DNA of 64,000 nucleotides from Escherichia coli (GTDB lineage Bacteria; Pseudomonadota; Gammaproteobacteria; Enterobacterales; Enterobacteriaceae): NCBI RefSeq assembly GCF_030013205.1, contig NZ_CP122648.1; one strand, 5' to 3'. Shown piece by piece: positions 60,019 to 64,000 of this stretch (position 1 is its first letter; each line of letters starts with the position of its first letter). The notes under the pieces were generated by a model. It saw only the letters and a program-made list of their open reading frames with translations, ran no database searches and was not told where the DNA came from. The position numbers and the translations under genes were made by a program.

Positions 60019-61965
60019 TTACTTTTTGATTTCATACAGCGGTGTTTGACCCGCCACGACATGGCCCTGAGCTTTAATGATCAAGCCGCTGAAATCGTCG
60101 ATATTGCTGCAAACCACCGGGCTAATCATCGAGCGGGCGTTTTCGTTCAGATAATCCAGATCCATTTCCAGAATCGGTTGCCCTGCGCTTACTTGCGCGC
60201 CCTCTTCCACCAGACGTTTAAAGCCTTTACCTTCCAGCGCTACGGTGTCGATACCCATATGGACGACGATCTCCGCGCCTTTTTCGGTTTCCAGGCAGAA
60301 CGCGTGGTTGGTGTTGAAGATTTTCACGATTGTCCCTGCGGCTGGTGATACGACGATTTTATCTGTCGGTTTCACCGCCACACCGTCACCCACCGCTTTG
60401 CTGGCGAATGCTTCGTCAGGAACCTGATCCAGTGCCACAACATCACCGGTAATCGGCGATACCAGCTCCGCGACAGACACCGCGTTTGGTATAGCCTGCG
60501 GTTTTGCTACAGGCGCGGCAGTTGCAGGCGCAGTTTCAGCTGACGCAGCGGCTACCGGACCACGGGCAACAACTTTCTTCATTGCATCGCCAATGGATTC
60601 CGCTTTCGCGCCAACAATCACCTGAATAGTCTGTTTGTTCAGTTTCACTACCCCAGAAGCACCCAGCCGTTTACACATCGCATCGTTGACGCGAGCCGAG
60701 TCAACCACGGTCAGGCGCAGACGAGTAATACAGGCGTCAATTGCTTTCAGGTTGTCAGTGCCGCCAACCGCAGCAATATAGTTGGTCGCCAGTTGATTGA
60801 GGCCTTCTTCAGTGTTGCTGTTGGCTTCTTCAGTAACGATCTCATCTTCTTTATCTTCACGACCCGGCGTTTTCAGGTTGAACATGCGGATAACCAAACT
60901 GAACACCACGAAGTAGATAGCGAAGAAGACAACACCCATAACCAGCAGCATCCAGACGTTCTGGCTGGCGGCCGGCAGGTTATACATCAACGCGTAGTCG
61001 ATAGCCCCCGCAGAGAAGGAGAAGCCCGCGTGGATACCCAGCAGCGTTGCCACAAACAGGCTGATACCGGTCAGCAGTGCGTGCAGGAGGTACAGCAGCG
61101 GCGCAAGGAACATGAACAGGAATTCCAGCGGCTCAGTCACACCGGTCAGGAACGCAGTAACAGCAACAGAAAGCAGCATACCGCCAACCATCGGACGACG
61201 CACTTTCGGTGCTGCAAAGTACATCGCCAGCGCCGCACCCGGCAGACCGAACATCATGATCGGGAAGAAGCCGGACATGAACATCCCCGCGGTGCCGTCA
61301 CCGGCATAGAAGCGGTTGATATCACCGTGGAAAACCGTACCCGCCGCGTTGGTGAATTCACCAATCTGGAACCAGGCGATGGTGTTCAGCACCTGATGCA
61401 GACCGGTTGGGATCAGCAGACGGTTGATGAAACCAAAGATACCGGAACCCAGCGCGCCCGCAGAAACGATCCACTCGCCGCCTGCATGGATAGCATGCTG
61501 TACCGGCGGCCAGACGTAACCAAAAATGGCCGCCAGCACCAGGCAGAAGAAGCCGGTGGCAATCGGCACAAAGCGTTTGCCGCCGAAGAAGCTCAGGAAG
61601 TCAGGCAGTTTAATATCGGACCAACGGTTATAGGCTGCGCCACCAACCAGACCGGTAATGATACCCGCCAGTACACCCATGTTAATTTCTGGGTTGATGG
61701 TCACCATCGCTTTGGTTAACACAAAGTAACCTACCGCACCCGCCAGCGCCGCCGCACCTGCGCTGTCTTTCGACCAGCTGGATGCCACACCGATGGCGAA
61801 AATTAATGCGAGGTTATCAAAAATCGCACCGCCCGCCTGGGCAATAAACGCAACGTTAAGTAAATCTGGCTGACCGAATCGCAGCAACAGCGCCGCCACC
61901 GGCAGCACCGCGATAGGGAGCTGTAACGCCCTACCGAGTCGCTGGAAAAAACCTAAAATATTCAT
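60019..61965 (-). CDS. nagE: N-acetylglucosamine PTS permease EIICBA
   Basis: 648 aa; polytopic EIIC followed by EIIB and EIIA domains. Confidence 0.97.
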   Translation of the reverse strand: MNILGFFQRLGRALQLPIAVLPVAALLLRFGQPDLLNVAFIAQAGGAIFDNLALIFAIGVASSWSKDSAGAAALAGAVGYFVLTKAMVTINPEINMGVLAGIITGLVGGAAYNRWSDIKLPDFLSFFGGKRFVPIATGFFCLVLAAIFGYVWPPVQHAIHAGGEWIVSAGALGSGIFGFINRLLIPTGLHQVLNTIAWFQIGEFTNAAGTVFHGDINRFYAGDGTAGMFMSGFFPIMMFGLPGAALAMYFAAPKVRRPMVGGMLLSVAVTAFLTGVTEPLEFLFMFLAPLLYLLHALLTGISLFVATLLGIHAGFSFSAGAIDYALMYNLPAASQNVWMLLVMGVVFFAIYFVVFSLVIRMFNLKTPGREDKEDEIVTEEANSNTEEGLNQLATNYIAAVGGTDNLKAIDACITRLRLTVVDSARVNDAMCKRLGASGVVKLNKQTIQVIVGAKAESIGDAMKKVVARGPVAAASAETAPATAAPVAKPQAIPNAVSVAELVSPITGDVVALDQVPDEAFASKAVGDGVAVKPTDKIVVSPAAGTIVKIFNTNHAFCLETEKGAEIVVHMGIDTVALEGKGFKRLVEEGAQVSAGQPILEMDLDYLNENARSMISPVVCSNIDDFSGLIIKAQGHVVAGQTPLYEIKK

Positions 61966-62085
61966 CTTATTCCCCCTACGAGAACCCTATTTGGCTCGTT
62001 TAAAGCCGTATTTTTATTTTGCTGCAAATTGTACTGCCGATGTTCTGTAATCAGATTGTTAGATCATCTGCTACAGAGTGTGTGA

Positions 62086-62113
62086 AAATTTAATTCGTAT
62101 CGCAAATTAAAAG
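62086..62113. promoter_or_regulatory. NagC-type operator in nagE-nagB divergent control region
   Basis: AT-rich dyad aatttaattcgtatcgcaaattaaaa. Confidence 0.5.
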
Positions 62114-62122
62114 CGTGTCTTT

Positions 62123-62138
62123 TGTGAGTTTTGTCACC
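62123..62138. promoter_or_regulatory. CRP binding site
   Basis: tgtgagttttgtcacc against consensus TGTGA-N6-TCACA. Confidence 0.6.
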
Positions 62139-62297
62139 AAATATCGTTATCATCACTCCCTTTTACTGGCTAAACCAGAAAACTTATTTTATCATTCAAA
62201 AAATCAGGTCGGATTGACGCCTGTCTGCGCAAATCCAGGTTACGCTTAAAGATGCCTAATCCGCCAACGGCTTACATTTTACTTATTGAGGTGAATA

Positions 62298-64000
<1,703 letters not shown>

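Overview
This is an Escherichia coli chromosomal segment, reverse-oriented relative to the conventional K-12 map; all protein identities come from reading the ORF-track translations against remembered families, with no database search. Core content runs sucDCBA-sdhBADC (minus) / gltA, the ybgD-ybgQ-ybgP-ybgO chaperone-usher fimbrial operon, abrB, nei, pxpACB, ybgI, dtpD, phr, ybgA, then ybfA, kdpFABCDE, pgm, seqA, ybfF, ybfE, fldA, uof-fur, chiQ-chiP, glnS, nagE, nagB and the 5' part of nagA. The most interesting part is the Rhs locus (about 31.1-41.4 kb): an rhsC-type gene, a frameshifted putative immunity lipoprotein gene, two damaged H-repeat (ISAs1-like) elements in direct orientation, and two start-less orphan Rhs toxin tips each with a tightly coupled candidate immunity gene. 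Other departures from the K-12 layout as I remember it: (1) a transporter / class I fumarase paralog / CobA-like adenosyltransferase / LysR module downstream of sucD where mngR-mngAB would be; (2) an IS200 copy between chiP and glnS; (3) pgm directly abutting kdpE with no speF-potE segment; (4) a premature amber stop near the 3' end of the ybgQ usher gene. I found no rRNA, tRNA or CRISPR array. Hand-located coordinates (terminators, repeats, element ends) may be off by a few bp; ORF coordinates follow the supplied track with starts trimmed where an obvious start exists.
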